Assembly (NCBI GenBank): GCA_963663165.1
Contig: OY760175.1
Span: 4,096,001-4,160,000, forward strand
Length of the DNA: 64,000 bases
Direction: 5' to 3'
Source: an uncultured Desulfospira sp.
Lineage (GTDB): Bacteria > Desulfobacterota > Desulfobacteria > Desulfobacterales > Desulfobacteraceae
Part shown: piece after piece, positions 20,001 through 29,801 of the stretch
How positions within the stretch are numbered: the first letter of the stretch is position 1
Layout: each line of letters begins with the position of its first letter
The notes under the pieces: generated by a model
Database searches by the model: none
What the model was told of the DNA's origin: nothing
Seen by the model: the letters and a program-made list of their open reading frames with translations, nothing else
Made by a program: the position numbers and the translations under genes

Positions 20001-20260
20001 AATTCAGATATGTTCACATCCTGGAAAGGGCCGGCCAGGAATACTATGAGGGGGCCATCCACTGCTTTCGCCGGGGGCTTTATGCGGAACCCCTGGCAGA
20101 AGCCTTTTACCGGAACCTGATCCATCTTTATTTGAAAATGGACCGGCCGGTGGATGCCTCAAGAATCTACAAACAGTACGAGGAACGGTTTAGAATTGAG
20201 TTGGGGGAGGTTTCGTCCAAGGCCATGATGTCCCTGAAAAACGCCATTGCTAAAAAATAA
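17051..20260 (+). CDS. MalT-like STAND ATPase/TPR regulator with C-terminal OmpR-wHTH and BTAD (SARP) domains
   Basis: GPAGSGKTT, VLDNYQ, TGGW, FHPLFREFL; C-terminal LGGF...DALWPD...LYQGSFL...EPLAEAFY. Confidence 0.85.
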   Translation: MAHSPLKAPVFPVKLTRPELQAVYPRTRLFDLMSATIGQSAIWICGPAGSGKTTLANSFIDSLDLPCLWYNVNEQDKDIASFFYHMGKFAEQINPEKQHTLPFLTQEFFPGIASFTTRFFELFSAILPSRHVIVLDNYQDVGEETQLHDVVCGAISCLQKKISFFILSRKEPPGVLARERARCSIQVLGWHHLQLDRQETFGVIQCISDQAFDEQTVTDIHAKTGGWVSGLLLLLKSGEFDHIEPGMLTQKTPEVIFDYLKNIVFQRLDKAHQALLLTLCHLPVVSLDAAVVLCGKNSPKALEMLNRENRFVYRVSGTGVGYDFHPLFREFLQKRAAQFFSRSDLSAILSKSADIINQEGHPTAAVGLYIQAHNFARAIELILNNALILSIQGRVATLLYWIHSLPSHIVESTPWLLFWKGICIIPESPERAKPLFQKALSLFERADDQAGCLMALAGIMDSISLQFSRFQELDPCIDLCAEFEKKFGDMGIPEIHLKLTSSVLNALVLRRPDSQELKKWETRGWDILQTVKNVNQTVSIFSPLIILNILKGELQTSGHLLEMFSEVSHKKTAPFSYLILQNLKIFHSWLNSDFEAGKKAAQTGMAVEKETGIPLVFLGLRVHGAASAMGSGNLAKARQLLDEIPRFLGHQGIWMQGLYHIISSWYHSLTGDTAAFGFHASQGFKKSFLSGNPVARSAAHLMIARFFSLTGKFKAADIHLEKCIQIAEKLGLSQDKFMALLTRASLYLCQNRMDQAHKVLAEALKLGRQKNFRYGFFWDPKEIAGLCAQALKQNMETPYVRDLIVFHHLMPESLPLDVPEWPWPVTLSSLGGFAMKINGDKAALKGKAKKQPLLLIKYLMAKGGQKVPEYDIQDALWPDSDGDAAQNAYTTTLHRARKLLQHKAALIHTHGRLSFNKQMVWTDTELFERCCHEIENDLKNLAPLPKGDASNLLHSLDRLFSLYQGSFLAGDQNLWALSTAQQLKFRYVHILERAGQEYYEGAIHCFRRGLYAEPLAEAFYRNLIHLYLKMDRPVDASRIYKQYEERFRIELGEVSSKAMMSLKNAIAKK

Positions 20261-20288
20261 GCAGGGTGTGGGGAGACACACCCTGCTT
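20259..20288. terminator. Hairpin between convergent genes
   Basis: AAGCAGGGTGTG/CACACCCTGCTT stem. Confidence 0.6.
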
Positions 20289-20396
20289 GTAAATACCGGC
20301 CATTTCATTTTGGAGGTGCCCTGGGAAAACCAAAAGCAATGATCCTGCCGGCATCAACCAACCAATTTAAGGGCCTGGCCTGTTAACCCCAAGCCA

Positions 20397-20780
20397 TCAG
20401 GGCACTAAGGCCAGCACATCCTTGGCCAGCCACCCCCCGGGGTGGTTCTGATCAGCCGGGAGTACTTTCTGGATATGATTTCCGGCTTCATATCTTTCAT
20501 AAAGCAGAAAACAGCCGTCGGCCAGGGGCCGGATATATTTCCCGGAAACCAGCAACGGCATGGTATTGGGAAGGTTGTTTTTGAGCAGATCGCCCTTTTT
20601 AGAAAATTCCATATAGGTACCATCACTGTTCTGAATGTACTTGTGCCCGGTGGCAATATCAAAATAGAAGCAAGCGGTGGCCTGTTTGACCGTTTCCCGG
20701 CACTCCTCCTGGCCTGCCCATGAACTGAACACCGGCATAAAAATCAATAACGCAATGATAATCCTGAATGCGTTTGCCAT
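20397..20780 (-). CDS. Hypothetical secreted protein (127 aa)
   Basis: Signal peptide ending SWA; RBS AGGAG. Confidence 0.65.
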   Translation of the reverse strand: MANAFRIIIALLIFMPVFSSWAGQEECRETVKQATACFYFDIATGHKYIQNSDGTYMEFSKKGDLLKNNLPNTMPLLVSGKYIRPLADGCFLLYERYEAGNHIQKVLPADQNHPGGWLAKDVLALVP

Positions 20781-21244
20781 GATTCATCTCCTTTTTTTTG
20801 CGGCTGTCCGATTTCCATTGGGAGCCTGTCTCTCGCAATGCCGGAAAGCCTTTGGTGATAATGCTTTTTAAATTTCAAATAGCCTTGGCTATGAATTTAA
20901 TGATCAGCCTTTTTTGATCCGCTTTCCGGTGGCCGATCATGTGATGAATAGGTGATGAAATGAATCCGTACCTGTGATTTATTTTTTTGGCTGCACGTCC
21001 CTTATTAAAACAGACAACCTTACAGATAGGTTACAAAATTAAAAAAAATAAGCCGGGGGGGCGGCCAGGTACAAAACGATCGGGCCATAAAGCTTGTGCC
21101 TACAGCAGGATGGGGGGAATTTGTCTTGATGCTGGCAGAAGAAATCTGCCAAGCCGTGTTAAAAAAATAATGAGGGGGGCTTAAGATAGCAGCAGTATTT
21201 TAGAGAGGCAGAAATTGCCCCCCCCGCATCAGGGTAAACAAATA

Positions 21245-22219
21245 TTAGGAGCTGGCCGGGGCCATTTCCTGAAATCCAACGTTAAAAGCAGCGGCTTCCT
21301 GTCCGTCAGCGCTCTTTCCACGAATGGGTACCGGTGGTGCAGACAGATCGCCATCAGCCGCAACCTCGCCGATTTCGGTGATAATATGGTCGATATGGGA
21401 GAGGCTCACCAGATCGTGGGAGTGCGTGGTCATGGCAAAGTCCGTGGCACCGATCTGGGCCTCTTTTTTTGCCTGAAAAATTTTCTGCTCAGCAGCACTT
21501 CTAATGGAATAATTCAGGGTATTGGCAAAAAGGTGAACCTTTACATTGTGATGCCGGCAAAGGCTGACGGTGCCAGCGGTCCCCACGGGGGCCACTATTT
21601 TCCCGTCTTTGGTAATGGTCATTGCCCCGAGAAACATTTTGGTGGCGCCTTCAATGTGGTGGCTGAGGTTGTGGGCCGGGGTGACAATGTAGTCAATGCC
21701 GGCATCGCTGAGGGCCTGAACCGACTGCCGGGTCCGTTCTGACAGATCCAGAATAATGACCTTGAAATTCCGGTTCAGCTTTTCCTTGGCCTGGATCAGG
21801 GTGTTGATTACTACCGTACTGGCTGAGTGGACAATGATGACGTCCCTGTTTTTCACGTAGGCCAGCCCGTTTTCTGTTACCTGCCCGGTGTTTCTCTTAA
21901 TCTGGGCTACCCGGTCTTTGAGGAGCCGGATGGTGACCTGTTTAACCGTTGCCATATCCATTTCCGGTTTGATTTCACGCTCCATATCCTCCTCGAAATA
22001 TTTCAGAAGGCGCATTAGCGGAATAATGGAAGGCTGGCACTCTGTAATGGTTTTTGCCAGATCTTTATACAATGCATCAAATTGGTCCCGGCGGCATTTG
22101 AGCAGCCGGATGGATTCAATAAAGGAGTCCAGACACAGGACAGTCATTCTGGCAATGCCCAGGACATCACCCAGTTCACGGATCAGTTTATACATGTTGG
22201 CTTGACTTTTGGTATTCAT
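21245..22219 (-). CDS. eIF-2B/IF-2B family (R15P isomerase/MtnA fold) protein with divergent active site
   Basis: 'DVIIVHSASTVV', 'MFLGAMTITKDGKIVAPVGT' and 'IDHIITEIG'; ATGA overlap with the upstream transporter. Confidence 0.75.
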   Translation of the reverse strand: MNTKSQANMYKLIRELGDVLGIARMTVLCLDSFIESIRLLKCRRDQFDALYKDLAKTITECQPSIIPLMRLLKYFEEDMEREIKPEMDMATVKQVTIRLLKDRVAQIKRNTGQVTENGLAYVKNRDVIIVHSASTVVINTLIQAKEKLNRNFKVIILDLSERTRQSVQALSDAGIDYIVTPAHNLSHHIEGATKMFLGAMTITKDGKIVAPVGTAGTVSLCRHHNVKVHLFANTLNYSIRSAAEQKIFQAKKEAQIGATDFAMTTHSHDLVSLSHIDHIITEIGEVAADGDLSAPPVPIRGKSADGQEAAAFNVGFQEMAPASS

Positions 22220-23520
22220 AAGCACATCCATAAAAATAAAGTTAACAGTAAAGAGCTAATAACAAGACTAATAAACGTAACGGCCACGCCGACCTTCATG
22301 AACTCTAAAAAACTGATGTTCACGTTGGCCTGCTTGGCAATTCCGACAGAGACAATATTGGCAGACGCCCCGATCATGGTCAGGTTTCCGCCGAAACAGG
22401 CCCCGAGACTCAGTGCCCACCACAGAATATTGTGGGGGATCGGGGTTGTTTCAAGCATCAGCTTCACTATGGGGATCATGGTGATGGTAAAGGGGATATT
22501 GTCCAGAAAACCGGACACAATACCCGATACCCATAATACGGTCAGCACCATGACATAAGGGTTGTCGCCGATGCGTAAAAAGACTTTGTGGGCCACCCAT
22601 TCAATCACGCCTTTATGTTCCAGTACACCGACCAGGATAAACAGTCCGGCAAAGAACAGCAGCGTGGACCATTCCACCTCCTCGAGCATCTGTTCCACAT
22701 CTGCGCCGGAAAGCACAAACAGGACCATGGCCATGAATACGGCCACAACGCCCGGGGACATCTTGGTAATGGTCTGGGTCACAAAGAGCAGAATGGCAAT
22801 GCCCAGGCAGGCAAGGCCTTTGATCATCATTTTTTTGTCAATCTTGGTGTTGACAAATTCGGTTCTGATTTTTTCCAGCAGCAGCTGGATGTTGAACAAT
22901 TTAACCAGGCTGGTATCAATGGGTTTGAATTTTTCCCGGTTGGTAAACCACAGGTAGAATAACGCCGCCACAAAGGTCACCACAACCGGTCCGGTCAGGT
23001 AGATCATGAACTGGTTGAAGGTGAGCCCCACCTTTGACCCGATAATAATGTTGGGAGGGTCCCCGATCAGGGTGGCGGTCCCCCCGATATTAGAAATCAC
23101 CGCCTGGCTGATCACATAAATTTTGGGGTCCAGCCCCATGCCTTTTGCCAGCTCAATAATGATGGGGATGATGATGAGTACCGTGGTGACGTTATCCAGA
23201 AAGGCTGATAAAACAGCCGTCACAATGGAAAACAGCACGAGAATTTTTAAGGGATTTCCCCCGGTAAGCCCAGCGATTTTCACGGAGAGCAATGAAAATA
23301 CACCCGACCGTCTGAGAATCGCCACAATAGACATCATGCCCAGCAACAGCATAATGGTTTCAAAATCAATCATGGCGGTTGCCTCATGTTCTCCCACAAC
23401 GTGGAGAATCAGCAGAACCATGACACCTAGCAGCGCCGCTACGGCCTTATTGACCAGTTCAAAGGTGATGGCGGCATATACTGCCAGAAACACAAGAATT
23501 GGAATTAAAGCGCCTTCCAT
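22216..23520 (-). CDS. ArsB/NhaD (CitMHS/SLC13, P-protein-like) ion transporter
   Basis: SAFLDNVTT, SNIGGTATLIGDPPNIIIG, GGNLTMIGASAN; ~12 TM helices. Confidence 0.9.
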   Translation of the reverse strand: MEGALIPILVFLAVYAAITFELVNKAVAALLGVMVLLILHVVGEHEATAMIDFETIMLLLGMMSIVAILRRSGVFSLLSVKIAGLTGGNPLKILVLFSIVTAVLSAFLDNVTTVLIIIPIIIELAKGMGLDPKIYVISQAVISNIGGTATLIGDPPNIIIGSKVGLTFNQFMIYLTGPVVVTFVAALFYLWFTNREKFKPIDTSLVKLFNIQLLLEKIRTEFVNTKIDKKMMIKGLACLGIAILLFVTQTITKMSPGVVAVFMAMVLFVLSGADVEQMLEEVEWSTLLFFAGLFILVGVLEHKGVIEWVAHKVFLRIGDNPYVMVLTVLWVSGIVSGFLDNIPFTITMIPIVKLMLETTPIPHNILWWALSLGACFGGNLTMIGASANIVSVGIAKQANVNISFLEFMKVGVAVTFISLVISSLLLTLFLWMCL

Positions 23521-24001
23521 AATTTAAATTACATCCTTTTCCAAATGTCCGGATGGTCTTGCGCTTTAAGCCCGTACGTGTTGCGTTCCTTAAACCCAGT
23601 GGAATTTAAGGAGACGTAATGCTTCTGCTTCGAGTAATTTTCAGGGATGGCCCCGATTGCTCAAAGAGAACCCGTGATACAGCAATTAATGAGATAAGCT
23701 AAACAGCTATCGCTCTAATTAACAAGCACACAAATCCAGGACAAGTTCCTCATTTAATGCCTTCTCGGTCCTTTTACAATCGGCGTAGGTCGGTTGATCC
23801 GGGAGGGAGAGACTTCCAAATATTTCAAATATTTCCAAACTTTCTTACCGAGTGCGATTATTAGCACTGGTTAAAAAAAAAAACAATATTTTATTTGATT
23901 TTCAACCGTAAAAAATCATATTTCGTATGGGTAATGTGTTGTTTTCATGATTAATCGCCGCATTTTCCAGGGAATTGAATAACCGCAATTTTTTTGTATT
24001 T

Positions 24002-24655
24002 TTACGAAAAAATCTGTTCAAGGGCGGCTTTGAGCCCCCGGCAGTCCGGCAGAACCCGGGTTCCCTTTGGAAAATCCACTTCTCCCTGGATCCCGATAAA
24101 ATAGAGCCCGGTCCGGCTGGCCGCATCTTGATCCGTAAGGGCGTCTCCAATAAACAGGCATTGTGCCGGTGCCAGGCGGTATTCAGCCAGAAGCCTCTGG
24201 ATATGGGCCGGTTTCCTGACCGGGGAGCCCAGGATTTCCGTAAAACAGGCACTCATTTTTCTTTGTTCAAGGACATATTTCAGCTCCGGTTCCGGGGTGC
24301 CTGAAATCAGAAAAACCGGAACTTTGCCTGAGTATTCGGCTAAGAATGGCCTGGCCCCTTTTATCCAGGGGGCGTCGATGACTTTTTGGACCACCAGATC
24401 GGAATACCGGGCCGCCCATTGCTTAACCTGGCTTTCGGTCAGGGGGGTGCCGATAATGGTTTCATGGGCGTACCGGATTTTATCCACCCGGCTGATTCCG
24501 CCGTGGAGCTGGTGATGCTGCACCACCTGATCGATAATTTCATCAGGAAAATCTTTGAACAGGATCTCAAATGCCCGGGTTTTGATCCGGGTAGAATCTG
24601 CCAGGACCCCGTCAAAATCAAAGAAAAGGGCTTTAAGGCGTTGAGGTGAGTTCAT
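24002..24655 (-). CDS. HAD-family hydrolase
   Basis: FFDFDGVLADS; K motif; FIGDALTD. Confidence 0.88.
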   Translation of the reverse strand: MNSPQRLKALFFDFDGVLADSTRIKTRAFEILFKDFPDEIIDQVVQHHQLHGGISRVDKIRYAHETIIGTPLTESQVKQWAARYSDLVVQKVIDAPWIKGARPFLAEYSGKVPVFLISGTPEPELKYVLEQRKMSACFTEILGSPVRKPAHIQRLLAEYRLAPAQCLFIGDALTDQDAASRTGLYFIGIQGEVDFPKGTRVLPDCRGLKAALEQIFS

Positions 24656-24818
24656 AATGGCCTTTTTATGGAAATAAAGCGTTGGATTGGTATATGTCAC
24701 GCCCTATTGAACCCTTTATCAAAAAATAATGCAAACAATTCAAATATTTTTCATTGTTCTTCCGGTCTTGTGTGTTATATTTTCAATTTAAATTAAAAAA
24801 TACAAATAGGACTTTCCA

Positions 24819-25061
24819 ATGTGTTTGGCCGTACCCTCAAAAATAATCGAAATTAACGACAAAGTGGCCAAGGTAGACGTGGACGGCGTGATTCGGGAGA
24901 CCAGTCTCATGCTTTTGGACGACGCCAAGATCGGGGACTATGTGATCGTTCATGCCGGATTTGCCATATCCAAGGTGGATGAACAGGCCGCCCTTCAGAC
25001 CCTGGAAGACATGCGAAACATCCTGGCCTGGGAGGATTCCGCAGGTTCCAGGGAAAACTGA
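24819..25061 (+). CDS. hypC: Hydrogenase assembly chaperone
   Basis: MCLAVP...GDYVIVHAGFAI. Confidence 0.96.
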   Translation: MCLAVPSKIIEINDKVAKVDVDGVIRETSLMLLDDAKIGDYVIVHAGFAISKVDEQAALQTLEDMRNILAWEDSAGSREN

Positions 25062-25089
25062 TCCGTATCCGGGGGCCAAAGCCGCTGCC

Positions 25090-27432
25090 ATGGACATAGC
25101 CGCTGAAAAAATACAGATCAGCGGCGTGGTCCAGGGGGTGGGATTCCGTCCCTTTTTATACGGCCTTGCCCAAACCCATGGCCTTGCCGGCCAGGTGACC
25201 AACACGGGCCAGGGGGTGGAAACCCTGGTGGAAGGCCCTTTGCCGGCCATTGAAAACTTCATCCGGGACATTACTGAAAAAAAACCCCTCCTGGCCCGGA
25301 TTGACCAGATCTCCCATGAGACGGCCCGCCCTGCCGGGTTTGACAGATACACCATTATCAAAAGTAAGGATGGCCAGACCCGAACCACACTGATTTCCCC
25401 GGATGTCTGTACCTGTGCCGACTGTCTTGCCGAGATGAAAGACCCCGCAGACCGGCGGTTTGAATATCCTTTCATCAACTGTACCAACTGCGGCCCGCGC
25501 TTTACCATTATCCGGGACATCCCTTATGACCGACCCATGACCTCCATGCACCGGTTTGTCCTGTGCGATGACTGCCGAAAAGAGTATGAAAACCCCATGG
25601 ACAGAAGGTTCCATGCCCAGCCCAATGCCTGTCCGGTCTGCGGCCCCCGGGTGTTTTTAACGGACCATCAGGGGCGGGAAATTCCGGTTTCAACGAATGT
25701 GGACCAGACCACCCCTTCCGGGGCCATCATTGCCAGGGCAGGGGAACTCCTTGGCCAGGGCCATATTTTGGGGATCAAGGGGCTGGGCGGATTTCACCTG
25801 GCCGTGGATGCCGCCAACCACCGGGCCGTCAACGCCTTGCGGGAAAAAAAGAACCGCCCCCATAAACCCTTTGCCCTGATGGCCCGGTCTGTGGCGGATC
25901 TGTCCGCCCATGTCCACATCTCTGCAAAAGAAAAATCGCTCATAGAATCGTTTCACCGGCCCATTGTGCTGCTGGACAAAAAAGACCGCCTGGAAAAAGA
26001 GGGTCTGTCCTCTGCCCTGGCGCCCCTTAACACCTGCCTTGGGGTCATGCTGGCCTATACCCCGCTACATTTCCTGCTCCTGGACAAAGGGCCTGCCATC
26101 CTGGTCATGACCTCGGGGAACCGGTCCGGGGAGCCTTTGTCCATTGACAATGACGATGCCCTGGACGCTTTTTCCCATATAGCCGATTATTTTCTGCTCC
26201 ATGACCGGGACATCTATTTCAGGGCTGATGATTCCATTGTCCGGGTTCAGGCCGGACAGCCAAGGTTCCTTAGGCGATCCAGGGGATATGCCCCTTTGCC
26301 GGTGGCATTTGGCAGCCCTGAAGACGCTGAGCGAAAGCTGCCTTCAATTATGGGGTGCGGGGCGGGACTGAAAAATACGGTCTGCCTGACCCGGGGAACA
26401 TCGGCCTTTTTAAGCCAGCACATCGGGGACCTGGAAAACCAGAAGGTCACCGATTATTATTGTCAAACCATTGATCATTTAAAAAAGATTATGGATATTG
26501 AACCGGTTCTCATGGCCCATGACATGCACCCGGGGTATTTTTCCACCGAGTATGCCAGGCAGGCCGCCGCGCAGGGGGTAAGGCTTGAGCCGGTTCAGCA
26601 CCACCACGCCCATGCCGTTTCCTGCATGGCTGAAAACCATTTGAACGGCGAGGTTATTGCCCTTACCCTGGACGGAACCGGGTACGGCAGTGACGGTCAT
26701 ATCTGGGGCGGGGAAATCCTGGTCTGCACCCGGAAAGAATTTTGCCGGAAGGCCCACCTGTCCTATATTCAAATGCCCGGCGGGGATGCCGCGGTGCGTC
26801 AGCCCTGGCGCATGGCCGCTTCGGTCCTGTTTCAGGCCTTTGGGCGGCCGTTTCTGGACCTGGACCTTGAGGTTATTAAGGACACGGACCCCAAAAATCT
26901 GGAGTTCATCTGCCGGATGATGGAAAAACAGGTGAATTCCCCGTTGACCTCCAGCGCCGGCCGGCTGTTTGATGCGGTCTCCTCCCTGATGGGGATCCGC
27001 CACGCCGTCACCCATGAGGGCCAGGCCGCCATGGAGCTGGAAGCGGTGGCGTCCGGGGCCAAGGAGACCATCTCTTACGAATATGCCCTGGAGCCGGCCG
27101 GCAATGGCATTGAAATCAACCTGCTGTCCTGTATCCGGCAGATTGTCCAAGACCTGGTCCAGGGCAGGCCCAAAGCCGATATCAGTGCCGGATTCCATGA
27201 AACCCTGGTTCAGGCCTTTACGGCAGCCGCCTGCAGGATCAGCCGTGACACCGGTCTTGACCGGGTGGTGCTGTCCGGCGGGGTGTTCAACAACACCCTG
27301 ATCCTGACCCGGACCCAAAGACTTCTTGAAGAAAACGGACTGACGGTTTATACCCATACCAGGGTGCCCTGCGGGGACGGGGGAATCTGCCTGGGCCAGG
27401 TGGCAGCGGCGATGGAAAGGATAAAAGGATGA
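25090..27432 (+). CDS. hypF: Carbamoyltransferase HypF
   Basis: GVVQGVGFRPF, zinc fingers, KGLGGFHL, QHHHAH, DGGICLGQ. Confidence 0.96.
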   Translation: MDIAAEKIQISGVVQGVGFRPFLYGLAQTHGLAGQVTNTGQGVETLVEGPLPAIENFIRDITEKKPLLARIDQISHETARPAGFDRYTIIKSKDGQTRTTLISPDVCTCADCLAEMKDPADRRFEYPFINCTNCGPRFTIIRDIPYDRPMTSMHRFVLCDDCRKEYENPMDRRFHAQPNACPVCGPRVFLTDHQGREIPVSTNVDQTTPSGAIIARAGELLGQGHILGIKGLGGFHLAVDAANHRAVNALREKKNRPHKPFALMARSVADLSAHVHISAKEKSLIESFHRPIVLLDKKDRLEKEGLSSALAPLNTCLGVMLAYTPLHFLLLDKGPAILVMTSGNRSGEPLSIDNDDALDAFSHIADYFLLHDRDIYFRADDSIVRVQAGQPRFLRRSRGYAPLPVAFGSPEDAERKLPSIMGCGAGLKNTVCLTRGTSAFLSQHIGDLENQKVTDYYCQTIDHLKKIMDIEPVLMAHDMHPGYFSTEYARQAAAQGVRLEPVQHHHAHAVSCMAENHLNGEVIALTLDGTGYGSDGHIWGGEILVCTRKEFCRKAHLSYIQMPGGDAAVRQPWRMAASVLFQAFGRPFLDLDLEVIKDTDPKNLEFICRMMEKQVNSPLTSSAGRLFDAVSSLMGIRHAVTHEGQAAMELEAVASGAKETISYEYALEPAGNGIEINLLSCIRQIVQDLVQGRPKADISAGFHETLVQAFTAAACRISRDTGLDRVVLSGGVFNNTLILTRTQRLLEENGLTVYTHTRVPCGDGGICLGQVAAAMERIKG

Positions 27433-27461
27433 AAAGGGCCAAATAGCTTAAGGAGCTTGCG

Positions 27462-28547
27462 TTGGGATTAAAGTATATTGAAGAGTACCGGGACGGGGAA
27501 CTGGCCAGGGGGTTGATCCGGGCCATCAATGAGGAAAGCACCAGAAGTTTGCGGCTCATGGAGGTGTGCGGCACCCATACCATGTCCATTTTCCGGCATG
27601 GCATCCGAAGTGTCCTGCCAACCGGCATTACCCTCTTGTCCGGCCCGGGATGCCCGGTCTGTGTGACCGCCCAGAAAGACATTGACGCCTTTGTGGCCTT
27701 TTCAAGAAAAGAAAACCTGATTGTAACCACTTTCGGGGATCTGATGCGGGTGCCGGGCTCCGGGTCCACCCTGGCCAAGGAAAACGCATCCGGGGCGGAC
27801 GTCAGGATGGTCTATTCCATATTTGACGCGGTTGCGATTGCCAAAACCAATCCGGATAAAGAGGTGGTGTTCTGTGCGGTTGGGTTTGAAACCACCATCC
27901 CCACCATTGCCGCCGGCATCCTCGGGGCCATGGATCAGGGGGTAAAGAACTTTTCCATCTATTCGGCCAATAAGCTGACCCCGCCGGCCCTGGCCGCGCT
28001 CATGGAAACCGACGGGGTGAACATTGACGGGTTTATTCTGCCCGGCCATGTTTCGGTGATCACCGGGACAACCGCCTATCGGCCTGTATTTGAAAAATAC
28101 AACATCCCCTCGGTCATTGCCGGATTTGAGCCCGTGGATATCTTAAAGGCTGTCCACATGCTGGTCCGCCAGAATGAAACCGGCACGCCGGCCCTGGAAA
28201 ATGCCTATGCCCGGGCCGTGGCCGAAGACGGGAATGCCAAGGCCAGAACCATCATGAACCAGGTGTTTGAGGTCTGTGACGCCTCCTGGCGGGGAATCGG
28301 CCATATCCCCCAAAGCGGCATGACACTCAAACCGGAATTTAACGCCTTTAATGCCGCCCTGAAATTTGATATGGACCTGCCCGACGTTCCCGAACCCAAA
28401 GGGTGTGCCTGCGGTGACATCCTCATGGGATTGAAAACGCCTGAGGCCTGCGCCCTGTACAAAAAAGCGTGTACGCCCATGCATCCGGTGGGGCCGTGTA
28501 TGGTGTCCAGTGAGGGGGCATGTGCGGCATATTACAAATACAGCTAG
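27462..28547 (+). CDS. hypD: Hydrogenase formation protein HypD
   Basis: MEVCGTHT, GPGCPVC, GFETT, PGHVS, CMVSSEGACAA. Confidence 0.96.
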   Translation: MGLKYIEEYRDGELARGLIRAINEESTRSLRLMEVCGTHTMSIFRHGIRSVLPTGITLLSGPGCPVCVTAQKDIDAFVAFSRKENLIVTTFGDLMRVPGSGSTLAKENASGADVRMVYSIFDAVAIAKTNPDKEVVFCAVGFETTIPTIAAGILGAMDQGVKNFSIYSANKLTPPALAALMETDGVNIDGFILPGHVSVITGTTAYRPVFEKYNIPSVIAGFEPVDILKAVHMLVRQNETGTPALENAYARAVAEDGNAKARTIMNQVFEVCDASWRGIGHIPQSGMTLKPEFNAFNAALKFDMDLPDVPEPKGCACGDILMGLKTPEACALYKKACTPMHPVGPCMVSSEGACAAYYKYS

Positions 28548-28692
28548 TGTTTGAACGAAAAGTCACCCATCTGCTGCGTTGCAGAAAAAATGGCAATCCT
28601 CACAACCTTAGAGGTTGCTCCGGTTGCCATTTTTTCTGCGCCTTGCATCTGGGCAACTTTTCGCCCAAACACTGGGCTTCACTAAAACACTA
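28545..28692. repeat. Palindromic REP/MITE-like element between hypD and hypE
   Basis: TAGTGTTTGAACGAAAAGT pairs with ACTTTTCGCCCAAACACTG; nested stem GCAGAAAAAATGGCAA/TTGCCATTTTTTCTGC; begins in the hypD TAG; related shorter copy at ~58237-58303. Confidence 0.75.
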
Positions 28693-28758
28693 ACCATTAA
28701 CGTTCAGCTGTGAGGAAGGGGGCTAACGGCTAATGGCTAATAGCTTTAAGGAAATAAA

Positions 28759-29781
28759 ATGACTGATGATAAAATATTGCTGGACCATGGGTCCGGGGGA
28801 AAGGTGTCCCATGCCATGTTTTCGGATTTGATCCTGCCGTTGTTTGACAACCCGGAACTGGCAAAGCAGGATGACGGGGCTGTCCTGGATGTCATCAAAG
28901 ACTTTGGCCCGGGGCGGCTGGCCTTTTCCACGGACACCTATGTGGTGGACCCCATTTTCTTTCCCGGCGGGGACATCGGGGACCTGGCCGTTAACGGAAC
29001 CGTCAATGACGTGGCCATGTGCGGGGCAGTCCCCCTTTACATCAGTACCGGCCTTATCATTGAAGAAGGGTTTTCCCGGAAAGACCTGGCCGCGGTTCTT
29101 AAAAGCATGGCCCGGGCCGCCCAAAAGGCCGGTGTTAAAATTGTGACCGGGGACACCAAGGTGGTTCCCCGGGGCAAGGCCGATAAAATTTTTATCAATA
29201 CCGCCGGAATCGGGGTGATCCCGGACGGTGTGGATGTGTCCGGGGATCAGGCCCGGCCCGGAGACCGGGTCATTGTTTCCGGGACCATTGCCGATCACGG
29301 CATCACCATATTGTCCACCCGGGAAGGGCTGGCCTTTGATTCGGATATCACATCCGATTCCGCACCGTTGAACAAAATGGCCCAGGCCCTGATCCAGTCA
29401 GAGTGTGACGTCCATGTCCTGCGGGACCCTACCCGGGGCGGCTTGGGGACCACCCTTAATGAAATTGCCGCACAATCCGGCGTGGGAATCCTGCTCAAGG
29501 AATCTGCCCTGCCGGTCAAGGGCGCGGTCCGGGGAATCTGCGAACTTTTGGGGTTTGATCCCCTTTATATTGCCAATGAAGGCAAGCTCATCGCCATTGT
29601 GCCGGAAAAAGACGCCCAGACCGCCCTTAAGATTATCCAAAAGGACGAATTCGGGGCGGATGCCGCCATTGTCGGCGAAGTGACGGACCAGGATCCGGGC
29701 CGGGTTATTCTGGAAACCGGGATCGGGGGCCGGCGGGTGGTGGACATGCTCACCGGAGAGCAGCTGCCCCGGATCTGCTGA
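28759..29781 (+). CDS. hypE: Hydrogenase expression/formation protein HypE
   Basis: HGSGG, GDTKVV, RDPTRGG, ANEG, C-terminal QLPRIC. Confidence 0.96.
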   Translation: MTDDKILLDHGSGGKVSHAMFSDLILPLFDNPELAKQDDGAVLDVIKDFGPGRLAFSTDTYVVDPIFFPGGDIGDLAVNGTVNDVAMCGAVPLYISTGLIIEEGFSRKDLAAVLKSMARAAQKAGVKIVTGDTKVVPRGKADKIFINTAGIGVIPDGVDVSGDQARPGDRVIVSGTIADHGITILSTREGLAFDSDITSDSAPLNKMAQALIQSECDVHVLRDPTRGGLGTTLNEIAAQSGVGILLKESALPVKGAVRGICELLGFDPLYIANEGKLIAIVPEKDAQTALKIIQKDEFGADAAIVGEVTDQDPGRVILETGIGGRRVVDMLTGEQLPRIC

Positions 29782-29801
29782 TAAAAGGAGAACCCTGTAA
29801 T

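Noticed and set aside
20790..20860. Possible c-di-GMP-I riboswitch upstream of the small secreted protein
   Set aside because: The GGCAAA...GAAA...GACGCAAA core could not be found on the minus strand.
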